Below are positions 1 to 7,482 of a stretch of DNA of 30,832 bases, one piece after another. The translations under genes and the position numbers were made by a program. The stretch covers positions 1-30,832 of IMG/VR virus record IMGVR_UViG_3300020045_008164. One strand, given 5' to 3'. How positions within the stretch are numbered: position 1 is the stretch's first letter; every line of letters starts with the position of its first letter. This DNA is from a virus (Duplodnaviria; Caudoviricetes). Under the pieces are notes generated by a model. That model ran no database searches. It was given only the letters and a program-made list of their open reading frames with translations, and had not been told where the DNA came from.

Positions 1-915
1 TTCTCCACCATCGCACAAGCATGGCAGAATCTTGAGCGTGGGCCGTTGCTACAGGCGGTGTCAAGCGGTGGAAGGATCTACCGCAATCTTGGGATCTACC
101 CTTCGTCTGCTGGTGCACAGACTGCCATCCGCAACAACCCGGGATCTGCGGATGACTTCATGCGCGGCCTGCGTGCAATTGTTTCTCATATCAAGCCAGG
201 TGTAGGAGCAACTCAATCTGTGCTTGACGTCCAAGCCGTCGGCCATAGCCCTTCAGCGATCTGGAACGATCACCAGTATCTATATCTTGGTGGACTTGAT
301 CCCGCTTCATCCAGCGACATTAATCTCGCGAAAGCAAAGCTGTATGCGTTGGTGATTGCACCGACCATGACAGAGACACGTGCGGCACGCTTTGCTGCTG
401 TGAACGTGCCATTCAACGCCGGGCATATGGTAGCTAGCACTACGCCAGTGCTTGTCACTGTTGGTGACTCCACAACACAATCAAAGTGGATTGGGTATCT
501 CGCGGGAACGGTGAACGGCGGCGCGTGGCGTAGTCGAGTGGCAGTAGAAGATCTGGCCATTGGTGGAAGTAATCTTGCAGATCATGTGGGATACTTGCCT
601 AATATTAAGATGGCGCTGCGCTCACGTGCGTATGGCAGAAAAATGTTCTACTACGCGCCGGAGGTTAAGCTTGATTCAGCATGTGATGCACTCGGTATTC
701 CACGCACAGCTGAAGCACACATGCAGCGCACGCTGGAGTTCCTTGAGGAGATTGAGAGGGACACTGGGGCAGATATCATCGTTGGTGAGTATATCAATGG
801 GAATGCTGCGACGGATACAGCAGGCGTTACCCCTTACAACGAATACTTCGAAGCCATTGCTGCCGCGCGTGGTTGGTATCACGTGCCATTCTACCATCAG
901 GCACATGCGCCTTGA
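1..915 (+). CDS. 5'-truncated protein with C-terminal SGNH/GDSL-hydrolase-like domain, possibly a virion-associated esterase
   Basis: Frame 1 is open from base 1 to TGA at 913-915. VTVGDSTT resembles SGNH block I and DLAIGGS block II. No DxxH block V occurs before the stop. Confidence 0.5.
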   Translation, partial: FSTIAQAWQNLERGPLLQAVSSGGRIYRNLGIYPSSAGAQTAIRNNPGSADDFMRGLRAIVSHIKPGVGATQSVLDVQAVGHSPSAIWNDHQYLYLGGLDPASSSDINLAKAKLYALVIAPTMTETRAARFAAVNVPFNAGHMVASTTPVLVTVGDSTTQSKWIGYLAGTVNGGAWRSRVAVEDLAIGGSNLADHVGYLPNIKMALRSRAYGRKMFYYAPEVKLDSACDALGIPRTAEAHMQRTLEFLEEIERDTGADIIVGEYINGNAATDTAGVTPYNEYFEAIAAARGWYHVPFYHQAHAP

Positions 916-1005
916 TCATTTCCCTCCCGCGCCCAAGAATCCAGCCTCCGACGAGTGCAAGCACACCTTTGACGGTTACTGGCGTCAAGAAGTGAATTGA
1001 TTATT

Positions 1006-1497
1006 ATGAACCTCACGGCATTCACTCCACCGAATTTGTCATCCGCCTCTGAGGGCGTGGATGCGCTCGCTGGTCCTGTGCCAGAGAAAGTGCAAACTCA
1101 AGTGGGTGTGGTCAGATGGGAACCGATTGCGGTGAAGCTGATGGCGGGTGGCACTCCGGTGAGTGAGATTGCGCAATATGTCAAGAAGACGGAAGAAGAG
1201 GTTCTGGGATTCTTGACGGGACGCGGGAGGGAAATGATCAAGGCGTTGGTGGATGAAAGACCAGCGCAGCTTGGGAAGATTCTTGAGGGTGCGGAGGTGG
1301 ACGTGGTGTTGACCTTGATGAGAATCGCCAAGCACGGTAAGCAGGAGAGTGCACAGGTGAGTGCCGCGAAAGTGCTGCTCGACATGGCCCAGACTGCCAA
1401 GGGCAAGAACACCCGCACGCCGGAAGAAATCAAACGCCTCACTGAGGAACGTATCGCCAAGCGGCTTGCACGCAAAAAAGTTGAATCACTTTCATGA
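1006..1497 (+). CDS. Putative terminase small subunit (HTH DNA-binding protein)
   Basis: HTH-like LMAGGTPVSEIAQYVKKTEEEV and a helical motif LMRIAKHGKQESAQVSAAKVLLDMA like many phage TerS proteins. ATG at 1006 preferred to TTG at 997. Confidence 0.55.
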   Translation: MNLTAFTPPNLSSASEGVDALAGPVPEKVQTQVGVVRWEPIAVKLMAGGTPVSEIAQYVKKTEEEVLGFLTGRGREMIKALVDERPAQLGKILEGAEVDVVLTLMRIAKHGKQESAQVSAAKVLLDMAQTAKGKNTRTPEEIKRLTEERIAKRLARKKVESLS

Positions 1498-1805
1498 AAC
1501 ATAGTCCAACCGATCCCAAGAATGGGACGTGTATCTTTACTGGTGAGGCCGGCTCAATCCAGCTACTGCCAGGCACGCGGTATGTCATCTCTGCATGTAG
1601 TGCATGGATCGAAGCCACCGCGATTGTCATCTCGCAAGACGTGCCCGGCGGTGACCCAATCGAATACTCTGAGAGTGACTCCACGTTGGAGAACCAGACT
1701 TTCGAGATCGTCACCTCACAGACCGGCATTGTCCACGTCGACTTGACTGGTGCTGTCAGCAACGGTGAAGTCTGCACCTTCGGATTCGCCAAAATTCAGT
1801 CATGA
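1494..1805 (+). CDS. Hypothetical beta-rich protein, possibly virion-associated
   Basis: 103-aa ORF joined by ATGA overlaps to both neighbours. Confidence 0.6.
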   Translation: MKHSPTDPKNGTCIFTGEAGSIQLLPGTRYVISACSAWIEATAIVISQDVPGGDPIEYSESDSTLENQTFEIVTSQTGIVHVDLTGAVSNGEVCTFGFAKIQS

Positions 1806-2626
1806 GTTCAGTAATTACATCACGTAGCACATCGCGTAGCACGTCACGAGTGACGAGCGGCGGTTTGCTTACTGCTGTATTCTCTCCTTTGGACTTGTTA
1901 CCAGCATTATGGTTGGACGGAACTAGTGGCTTTTACAATGCGACCAGCGGCGGCAGCGCCGTAGCGGACGGCGGCACGGTCGCGAGATGGGAGGATAAGT
2001 CCGGCAATGCCGCGCACCTGACCAACGCCACGGCTGGAGCACGGCCTTTGCTGGACATCGACGGCGGCCCGACCGGCGGCCCGTGCGCGGTCTTCGACGG
2101 CGTGGACGACACGCTCGTGGTCGGCTCGCGGGTGCTCGACATCCCGTGTACCGTCATGGTCGTGATGAAGCGGATCACGGTCACGGATCTGCGGACGGAC
2201 TGGGACACCCGGAGCGGGGGGGCGAGGGCCGGCATGGTCCAGCGGACCGGCGGGAACTGCCGGAGCGTATTCGGAACCCCGACCCCCGGCCCGGTGCTGA
2301 CGACCGGGGAATGGGACGTGGTCACCTTCCGGCAAACTGCGACCGAGGTGGGCATCCGGGTGGGCACCGCCGCGGAGGTGGTCGCCGCGCAAGCCGTCAC
2401 GCCGGCCGGGGCGACTTCCTTCTCAATCGGGGCCGGAGCCGCCGGATCCACCGCATATTCCAACTCCGCATTTGCGGAGATCCTCGGCTTCGACCGGGAG
2501 CTGACCGTGGAAGAGACGACCCAGGCGATCGAGCTTCTGGTCTTCAAGCACCTGCTAGCCTCCTTCGTCTTCTTCAACGGCTTGCAGGTTTTTTACAACG
2601 GTGCAGCGGAGGTCTTTAACGTCTGA
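1802..2626 (+). CDS. Virion protein with LamG/concanavalin-A-like domain (putative receptor-binding or tail protein)
   Basis: LWLDG...VARWEDKSGNAAHL...ARP...VFDGVDD...AEILGFDREL pattern typical of phage LamG-like jelly-roll domains. Confidence 0.7.
   Translation: MSSVITSRSTSRSTSRVTSGGLLTAVFSPLDLLPALWLDGTSGFYNATSGGSAVADGGTVARWEDKSGNAAHLTNATAGARPLLDIDGGPTGGPCAVFDGVDDTLVVGSRVLDIPCTVMVVMKRITVTDLRTDWDTRSGGARAGMVQRTGGNCRSVFGTPTPGPVLTTGEWDVVTFRQTATEVGIRVGTAAEVVAAQAVTPAGATSFSIGAGAAGSTAYSNSAFAEILGFDRELTVEETTQAIELLVFKHLLASFVFFNGLQVFYNGAAEVFNV
1817..1852 (+). repeat. Degenerate 12-bp tandem repeat, three copies, encoding TSRS-TSRS-TSRV
   Basis: acatcacgtagc acatcgcgtagc acgtcacgagtg. Confidence 0.65.
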
Positions 2627-2631
2627 TTTTT

Positions 2632-3858
2632 ATGCCCGAGATCTTCGAACTATCCGCCCAGACCCGCGAGATTAAAGCCGCTTACCGTGCCGTGCTGGAG
2701 GTGCCGGAGCCGGTCGTGGACATGACCCATTACCTGACCCTCGGCGCGTCGCCATCGGCCGGTCAGATCACCAGCAACACCGCCGAGCTTCAGGCCGCGC
2801 TGGACAGCGGAAAGTCCATCGACCTTCCCCGCGGTCTGATCAAAATCGAGGACTGGCTCACGCACCAGTGGAACGGCCAAGCAGTCGGTGGCCGGTCCAT
2901 GACGGAAACGACCATCTGGCAGACCGATGCGACGAAAGGTGTCTTCAAAATCAAAGGCCCTGACTCCCATTCGGCGAACCCCGTGGGCGGTGCGAGCGGT
3001 GTCATCACATTTCCGCAAATCCGCAACCTTTCGCTCTACTGCAACACGCTCTCGGCGGAAGCGGGGATCATCACCGAAACCAACACCGATGCCGATTGGG
3101 CGGGAGACGGCGTGATCCTCGAAAACCTCTACATCATCAATTTCGCGATTGGCGTCCACATTTTCAAGTCCGCCAAGCCGCAGTTGACCAACCTGCTGGC
3201 CAAGGCATGCACCACTGGGTTCAAGTTCTCAGGATCGTCCAACAACACGCCGAGTTTCAAAGGCTGCCACGTTTCAGGAGCGACGGTCGGGCTGGACATC
3301 GACGCATGCCGGGGCGGCCTTTTCGAGCTGGGCGATTTTGCCAACAACGACACGCACGTTCAGGTGACGGGCGGCAGTAACATCTCGATCAGGGGAGGCC
3401 AAATCGAGGGAGGAGGAGCGATGCTCTCCGCCACCGGATCAACGGTCGCGCTCGAATTTCCGAGCATCCTGTGCGAGGTGGGCTACGCGCTGCCATCCGT
3501 GATCGCCAACGCCGGATCGACGGTATGGGTCGCCGGTATCCGACGCACGCAACATTTGTCCGGCACCCCGCTCGGCAAATCGACCGACGCGACCGGATAT
3601 ATCATTGGAGACGCGATGTCCGACGCCCTCGGTAGCACGGAGGACAACTCTTGCCAGATGCTCGATTGGGCCACCGGCGATCCCATCGTTCGCATCTCGG
3701 ATGTCCGCTGGGCGTCCGCGCTACCCACCGCAGTCGCCCGCATGCAGGGGCTCCGCCTCGGCATCCTCCCCGTCTCTGGCGTCTCGCATGGCGACATCTT
3801 AACCGTAACCGTCGACTCGGCAGGGGCTGCCGCGTGGCGGTCGATGACTGGTCGTTAA
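2632..3858 (+). CDS. Tailspike / right-handed beta-helix (pectate-lyase-like) depolymerase
   Basis: NTAELQAALDSGKSIDLPRG N-terminal cap motif followed by repetitive beta-strand rungs (IRNLSL, LENLYI, LTNLLA, IRGGQIE). Confidence 0.75.
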   Translation: MPEIFELSAQTREIKAAYRAVLEVPEPVVDMTHYLTLGASPSAGQITSNTAELQAALDSGKSIDLPRGLIKIEDWLTHQWNGQAVGGRSMTETTIWQTDATKGVFKIKGPDSHSANPVGGASGVITFPQIRNLSLYCNTLSAEAGIITETNTDADWAGDGVILENLYIINFAIGVHIFKSAKPQLTNLLAKACTTGFKFSGSSNNTPSFKGCHVSGATVGLDIDACRGGLFELGDFANNDTHVQVTGGSNISIRGGQIEGGGAMLSATGSTVALEFPSILCEVGYALPSVIANAGSTVWVAGIRRTQHLSGTPLGKSTDATGYIIGDAMSDALGSTEDNSCQMLDWATGDPIVRISDVRWASALPTAVARMQGLRLGILPVSGVSHGDILTVTVDSAGAAAWRSMTGR

Positions 3859-3894
3859 TTATTTCCGCATCCAAACAATTAAACAACTACTACC

Positions 3895-4497
3895 ATGGCT
3901 GAACGTCTGCTCCAAGTCCCGCGCACTACCAAAGCGGGCATCGGTGAAATCTCTCACCCTATCATCGTCAATGATTGCAATTTCAGTGATCTTGACGAAC
4001 TCTTCATCGACCTTCCACTTGTGGGAACGGTGATCATTGTTGATCAATCCGATCGTGGTTATCCGGCTCACTATGTGCTCGGCTATCATGCCACCGTCAC
4101 GCCTGCCAATGCCGTTGCTATCACGGATCGCACTGGCTACTACTGGCAGTTGATGGACGGACGCCGTGTTGCCGTTACCAAAACGGCTGACTATACTGTC
4201 ACTGACGCGGATCTCGGACAGTATCTCACTAATACGGGCGCGGCTGGCACCATCACCTTCGCGCTTCCTGCAGCAACGGTTGGCATGATTGTTCGCGCAC
4301 GTGTTTCGGTTGCACAGCAGCTTCGTCTCGATCCGAACGGCACTGAGACCATCTCGTTGCCTTCGACGGGTGTTCCCGGCGCGGCTGGCAAATACCTTGT
4401 TGCCGATGCTATCGGTGAGACCGTTGTGCTCGAATGCGTGGTCGCGGGAACGTGGTCCTGCTTCGGCTACACCGGCACTTGGACCGCTGAAGCTTAA
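3895..4497 (+). CDS. Putative virion structural (fibre or decoration-type) protein
   Basis: C-terminal VTKTADYTVTDADLGQYLTNTGAAGTITFALPAATVG pattern seen in phage structural proteins; A/C-rich leader. Confidence 0.6.
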   Translation: MAERLLQVPRTTKAGIGEISHPIIVNDCNFSDLDELFIDLPLVGTVIIVDQSDRGYPAHYVLGYHATVTPANAVAITDRTGYYWQLMDGRRVAVTKTADYTVTDADLGQYLTNTGAAGTITFALPAATVGMIVRARVSVAQQLRLDPNGTETISLPSTGVPGAAGKYLVADAIGETVVLECVVAGTWSCFGYTGTWTAEA

Positions 4498-4506
4498 CAA
4501 TTAACA

Positions 4507-4571
4507 AATGGCGATGCGTTGAAGATGGGCCTCATGGGTTTCGGGACGTAATCATTCAACGCATCGCCATT
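4507..4571 (+). promoter_or_regulatory. Long stem-loop: perfect 17-bp inverted repeat with 31-nt spacer (possible terminator, processing site or regulatory RNA)
   Basis: AATGGCGATGCGTTGAA (4507-4523) and TTCAACGCATCGCCATT (4555-4571), followed by CCTTTT and the ATG at 4580. Confidence 0.75.
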
Positions 4572-4579
4572 CCTTTTCT

Positions 4580-4765
4580 ATGAAACTCATCACCATTTTC
4601 TGCAGTCTGTGCCTTTTCTCCTGTGTCCAAACATCCACGACGATCACTCGTCCGGATGGCACGGTCGAGCAAACCATCACCAAAGCACCTGACGCAGCAT
4701 CTGTCGCTGCCTTGCGTGACACGGCACAATCCTTTTCTCCACGTCCTGTTCATTACACCAAATGA
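4580..4765 (+). CDS. Small lipoprotein in the lysis cassette (o-spanin-like candidate)
   Basis: MK, hydrophobic stretch, then lipobox-like LFSC; Pro/Thr-rich mature part; ATGA overlap with the endolysin. Confidence 0.6.
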   Translation: MKLITIFCSLCLFSCVQTSTTITRPDGTVEQTITKAPDAASVAALRDTAQSFSPRPVHYTK

Positions 4766-5421
4766 ACCTTCCTAAAGAGTTCGCTATCTGGGCTGCCTCA
4801 CTATTTGGCGACCTCTTTGTGAAGCATAAGCAATCCACTTTCATTCGTTACCTCACGCCTGCCGAACTCATGGAACTTCCAAAACAGTATCAGTGGCTGA
4901 ATAAGCTTGAGCCATTGCCCAAGACGGTCTCACTCGCACTCAAGGAATACGGTGTGCAGGAGGTGGTCGGCAAGGGAAGTAACAAGACCATCATCGCTTG
5001 GCGGGATGAACTCAACCATGCCGGAGTGAAAATCTCCGGTTACTCGGATGATGACATCCCATGGTGCGGGCTGTTCGCTGCGATCATCGTTTTCCGCCGT
5101 ATTGGTGATGCGGCTGAAGTGGTGAAAGACCCACTATGGGCGCGCAACTGGGAGTACTATGGAAACAAGGTCACCACTCCTGGACTCGGTGACATCCTCG
5201 TTTTCGTGCGTGATGGCGGTGGCCATGTCGGATTCTATATTGGTGAGACCTCCGACGCCTACCTTGTCCTCGGTGGCAATCAAGGCAACCGTGTCTCCAT
5301 CACCAGTATTTCCAAAACTCGCTGCATTGCGAAACGACGTCCTCCTTACTTGAACAAGCCAGCGACTGTCAAACCGTATCATGTCACAAGTGCAGGTAAA
5401 CTTTCAACCAACGAAGCATGA
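4762..5421 (+). CDS. Endolysin, NlpC/P60-CHAP-like cysteine peptidase (TIGR02594-type)
   Basis: DDIPWCGLF (catalytic Cys), ARNW, GDILVF, GGGHVGFY (catalytic His), VLGGNQGNRVS. Confidence 0.88.
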   Translation: MNLPKEFAIWAASLFGDLFVKHKQSTFIRYLTPAELMELPKQYQWLNKLEPLPKTVSLALKEYGVQEVVGKGSNKTIIAWRDELNHAGVKISGYSDDDIPWCGLFAAIIVFRRIGDAAEVVKDPLWARNWEYYGNKVTTPGLGDILVFVRDGGGHVGFYIGETSDAYLVLGGNQGNRVSITSISKTRCIAKRRPPYLNKPATVKPYHVTSAGKLSTNEA

Positions 5422-5819
5422 ATCTCTTACTTCAAGTTGTCACTGACGTGCCTACATCACCGGATGTTCATTCATCCAAGTTCGTGCTTTACTCATTGGT
5501 GGTTACCAACATCGTCGTGGTGGTTGGTATGATCATCAAAGCGATCGTTGATTGGGTCAACCGCGTGCAAGACCGTCTCGACCGCGAATCGAATGCCAAG
5601 ATCGCGGCAGCGTTGGGAGAGAAGCGCAAGGATGAAATTCTTGCCAGCACTGAGGCGGCACGCAGGGAATCAGCCGATGCTCTCAAAGTTGCCAACGGCC
5701 ACAATGAGAAAATCGCACAGCTTGCGGCACAGCAAAATCTTCCACGTGAGGTGATCGTCGTGAATCCACAGGATAAGCCTGTGCATGTCACGAAGGACAT
5801 GAAACTACCTCCACATTAA
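5418..5819 (+). CDS. Single-pass membrane protein with helical tail (holin-like or i-spanin-like)
   Basis: One hydrophobic segment FVLYSLVVTNIVVVVGMII followed by a charged helical region; coupled to the endolysin. Confidence 0.55.
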   Translation: MNLLLQVVTDVPTSPDVHSSKFVLYSLVVTNIVVVVGMIIKAIVDWVNRVQDRLDRESNAKIAAALGEKRKDEILASTEAARRESADALKVANGHNEKIAQLAAQQNLPREVIVVNPQDKPVHVTKDMKLPPH

Positions 5820-5823
5820 TTTC

Positions 5824-5882
5824 ATCCTCACCAGTCGAAGCGTTGCAATTGCGGAATGGGTTTCGTGGAGACTGGTGGGGAT
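5824..5882 (+). promoter_or_regulatory. Stem-loop upstream of terL (13-bp stem with one G-U pair, 33-nt loop)
   Basis: ATCCTCACCAGTC (5824-5836) and GACTGGTGGGGAT (5870-5882). Confidence 0.65.
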
Positions 5883-5892
5883 TACTACTCAA

Positions 5893-7479
5893 ATGCACGA
5901 TCTAACCGACATCGACGATGACATCGAATTCCTCCACGACTGTGAAGTCTTGGAAGAACTCGCCGCGTCGAATGGTATCCTGTTCTATGAACCCCATCCT
6001 AAACAAGATTCATTTCACAGAGCTGGAGCCTTTAAGCGTCGTTATGTTCGGACTGGCAATCGTTTCGGTAAGTCTACTATGGGCGCTGCGGAGGATGTAG
6101 CGTGGGCACTTGGTTACCGTCCTTGGTATCCTGAAGGTGATCCAGCACGCTACGCAGGCATCCCTAAGCGGTCGGTCAAAATTCTCGTGGTCGCACAGGA
6201 CTGGGACAAGGTGAATGAAATCTTTACCAACCCTGAACCTGGCCAGGGTCAAGGCAAGATCTTCAAACTTCTCCCAAAGGATTCCATCATTGGAACTCCC
6301 GCGAAGTCCAAGAACGGCGTGATCTGCATGATCAAAGTCAAGTCCATCTGGGGCGGCAGTTCTACCATCTACTTCGACACTGTCAAATCCTACATGTCCA
6401 ACCCGATGGGTCAGGAGTCCTCCGACTGGGATGCCATTCACATCGACGAGCCCTGCCCGAAGGAGATGTGGAACGCCAACGCTCGTGGCCTCGTCGACCG
6501 CGATGGCTCCGCATGGTTCACATGCACTCCGCTCTCCTACATGTGGATCAACGACATGTTCATCCCTCGCAAGCGTCTCCGCGAGGAGTTTGTAAATGAA
6601 GCGCTCATCGACGGAGACTTCTGGATGATCACCGGTTCGATGCGCGACAACCCGACCCTCACCACCGCGGCCATCGAAATGTTCCTCAAGGACCTTACTC
6701 CCGCCGAGCGTCAATGCCGCGAGAAAGGTCTACCCCTCTCCCTCTCTGGTCTCATCTACAAGCAATTTGAATATGATACCAATACTTATTCAACAGTTCC
6801 GAACGGATGGGACACGATGTGGAATCCTCCACCAAACTACACCATCCGTGTCTCGATCGACCCACACCCTGAGGTCCCTCATGCTGTCCTCTGCGCTGCC
6901 ACTGCTCCCTCTGGAGAAGTCTTCTTCTTCCACGAAATCTTCAATCAGTGCATTGCATCGACGCTAGCTGAGATGATTAACGATTCGCTCTACGGATATG
7001 ATGTATCCCGCTACCTCATGGATCCAGCGGGTTTCATCGAATCCCCCACTGACAAATCCTCAATGGCCACTGAGTTTGATAAGTTTGGTATCTACTGCGA
7101 TCGAGCTCCGAGAGACCTCTCGCGCGGTGTAATTATGACGCAACAAGCGTTGTCAAAAAAGATCACCCTTCCATCTGGCCTTCGTGTCCCATTCCTTCGC
7201 TTTGGTGCTCACCTCACCCGCACTTTGTGGGAATTCGACCACTACGAGTGGCAGCAAGGCGATAAGAACAAACCGATCGACAAGGACGATCACATGATGG
7301 AGTGCCTCTACCGTCTGGTTATTACTGGTTTGGACTATCTTCCACAAGAAATCACTGGTGGTAAGCCACTGGTTATTCCACGTAATGATTTCCGTCGACG
7401 CGTTTTGCCTACCTACGGTGACCGCAAACTTAAATTCATTCCCGGCAATGGTCGGCGTGCAACACAAATCCGCAAATAA
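5893..7479 (+). CDS. terL: Terminase large subunit
   Basis: Q-motif PHPKQ, Walker A GNRFGKS, Walker B IHIDE, coupling motif TCTP, nuclease motifs SIDPH and DKDDHMMECLYR. ATG at 5893 preferred to GTG at 5875. Confidence 0.93.
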   Translation: MHDLTDIDDDIEFLHDCEVLEELAASNGILFYEPHPKQDSFHRAGAFKRRYVRTGNRFGKSTMGAAEDVAWALGYRPWYPEGDPARYAGIPKRSVKILVVAQDWDKVNEIFTNPEPGQGQGKIFKLLPKDSIIGTPAKSKNGVICMIKVKSIWGGSSTIYFDTVKSYMSNPMGQESSDWDAIHIDEPCPKEMWNANARGLVDRDGSAWFTCTPLSYMWINDMFIPRKRLREEFVNEALIDGDFWMITGSMRDNPTLTTAAIEMFLKDLTPAERQCREKGLPLSLSGLIYKQFEYDTNTYSTVPNGWDTMWNPPPNYTIRVSIDPHPEVPHAVLCAATAPSGEVFFFHEIFNQCIASTLAEMINDSLYGYDVSRYLMDPAGFIESPTDKSSMATEFDKFGIYCDRAPRDLSRGVIMTQQALSKKITLPSGLRVPFLRFGAHLTRTLWEFDHYEWQQGDKNKPIDKDDHMMECLYRLVITGLDYLPQEITGGKPLVIPRNDFRRRVLPTYGDRKLKFIPGNGRRATQIRK

Positions 7480-7482
7480 CTT

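Noticed and set aside
1907-2619. Several long alternative-frame ORFs within the GC-rich block
   Set aside because: R/G/P-rich translations expected from stop-codon scarcity at high GC.
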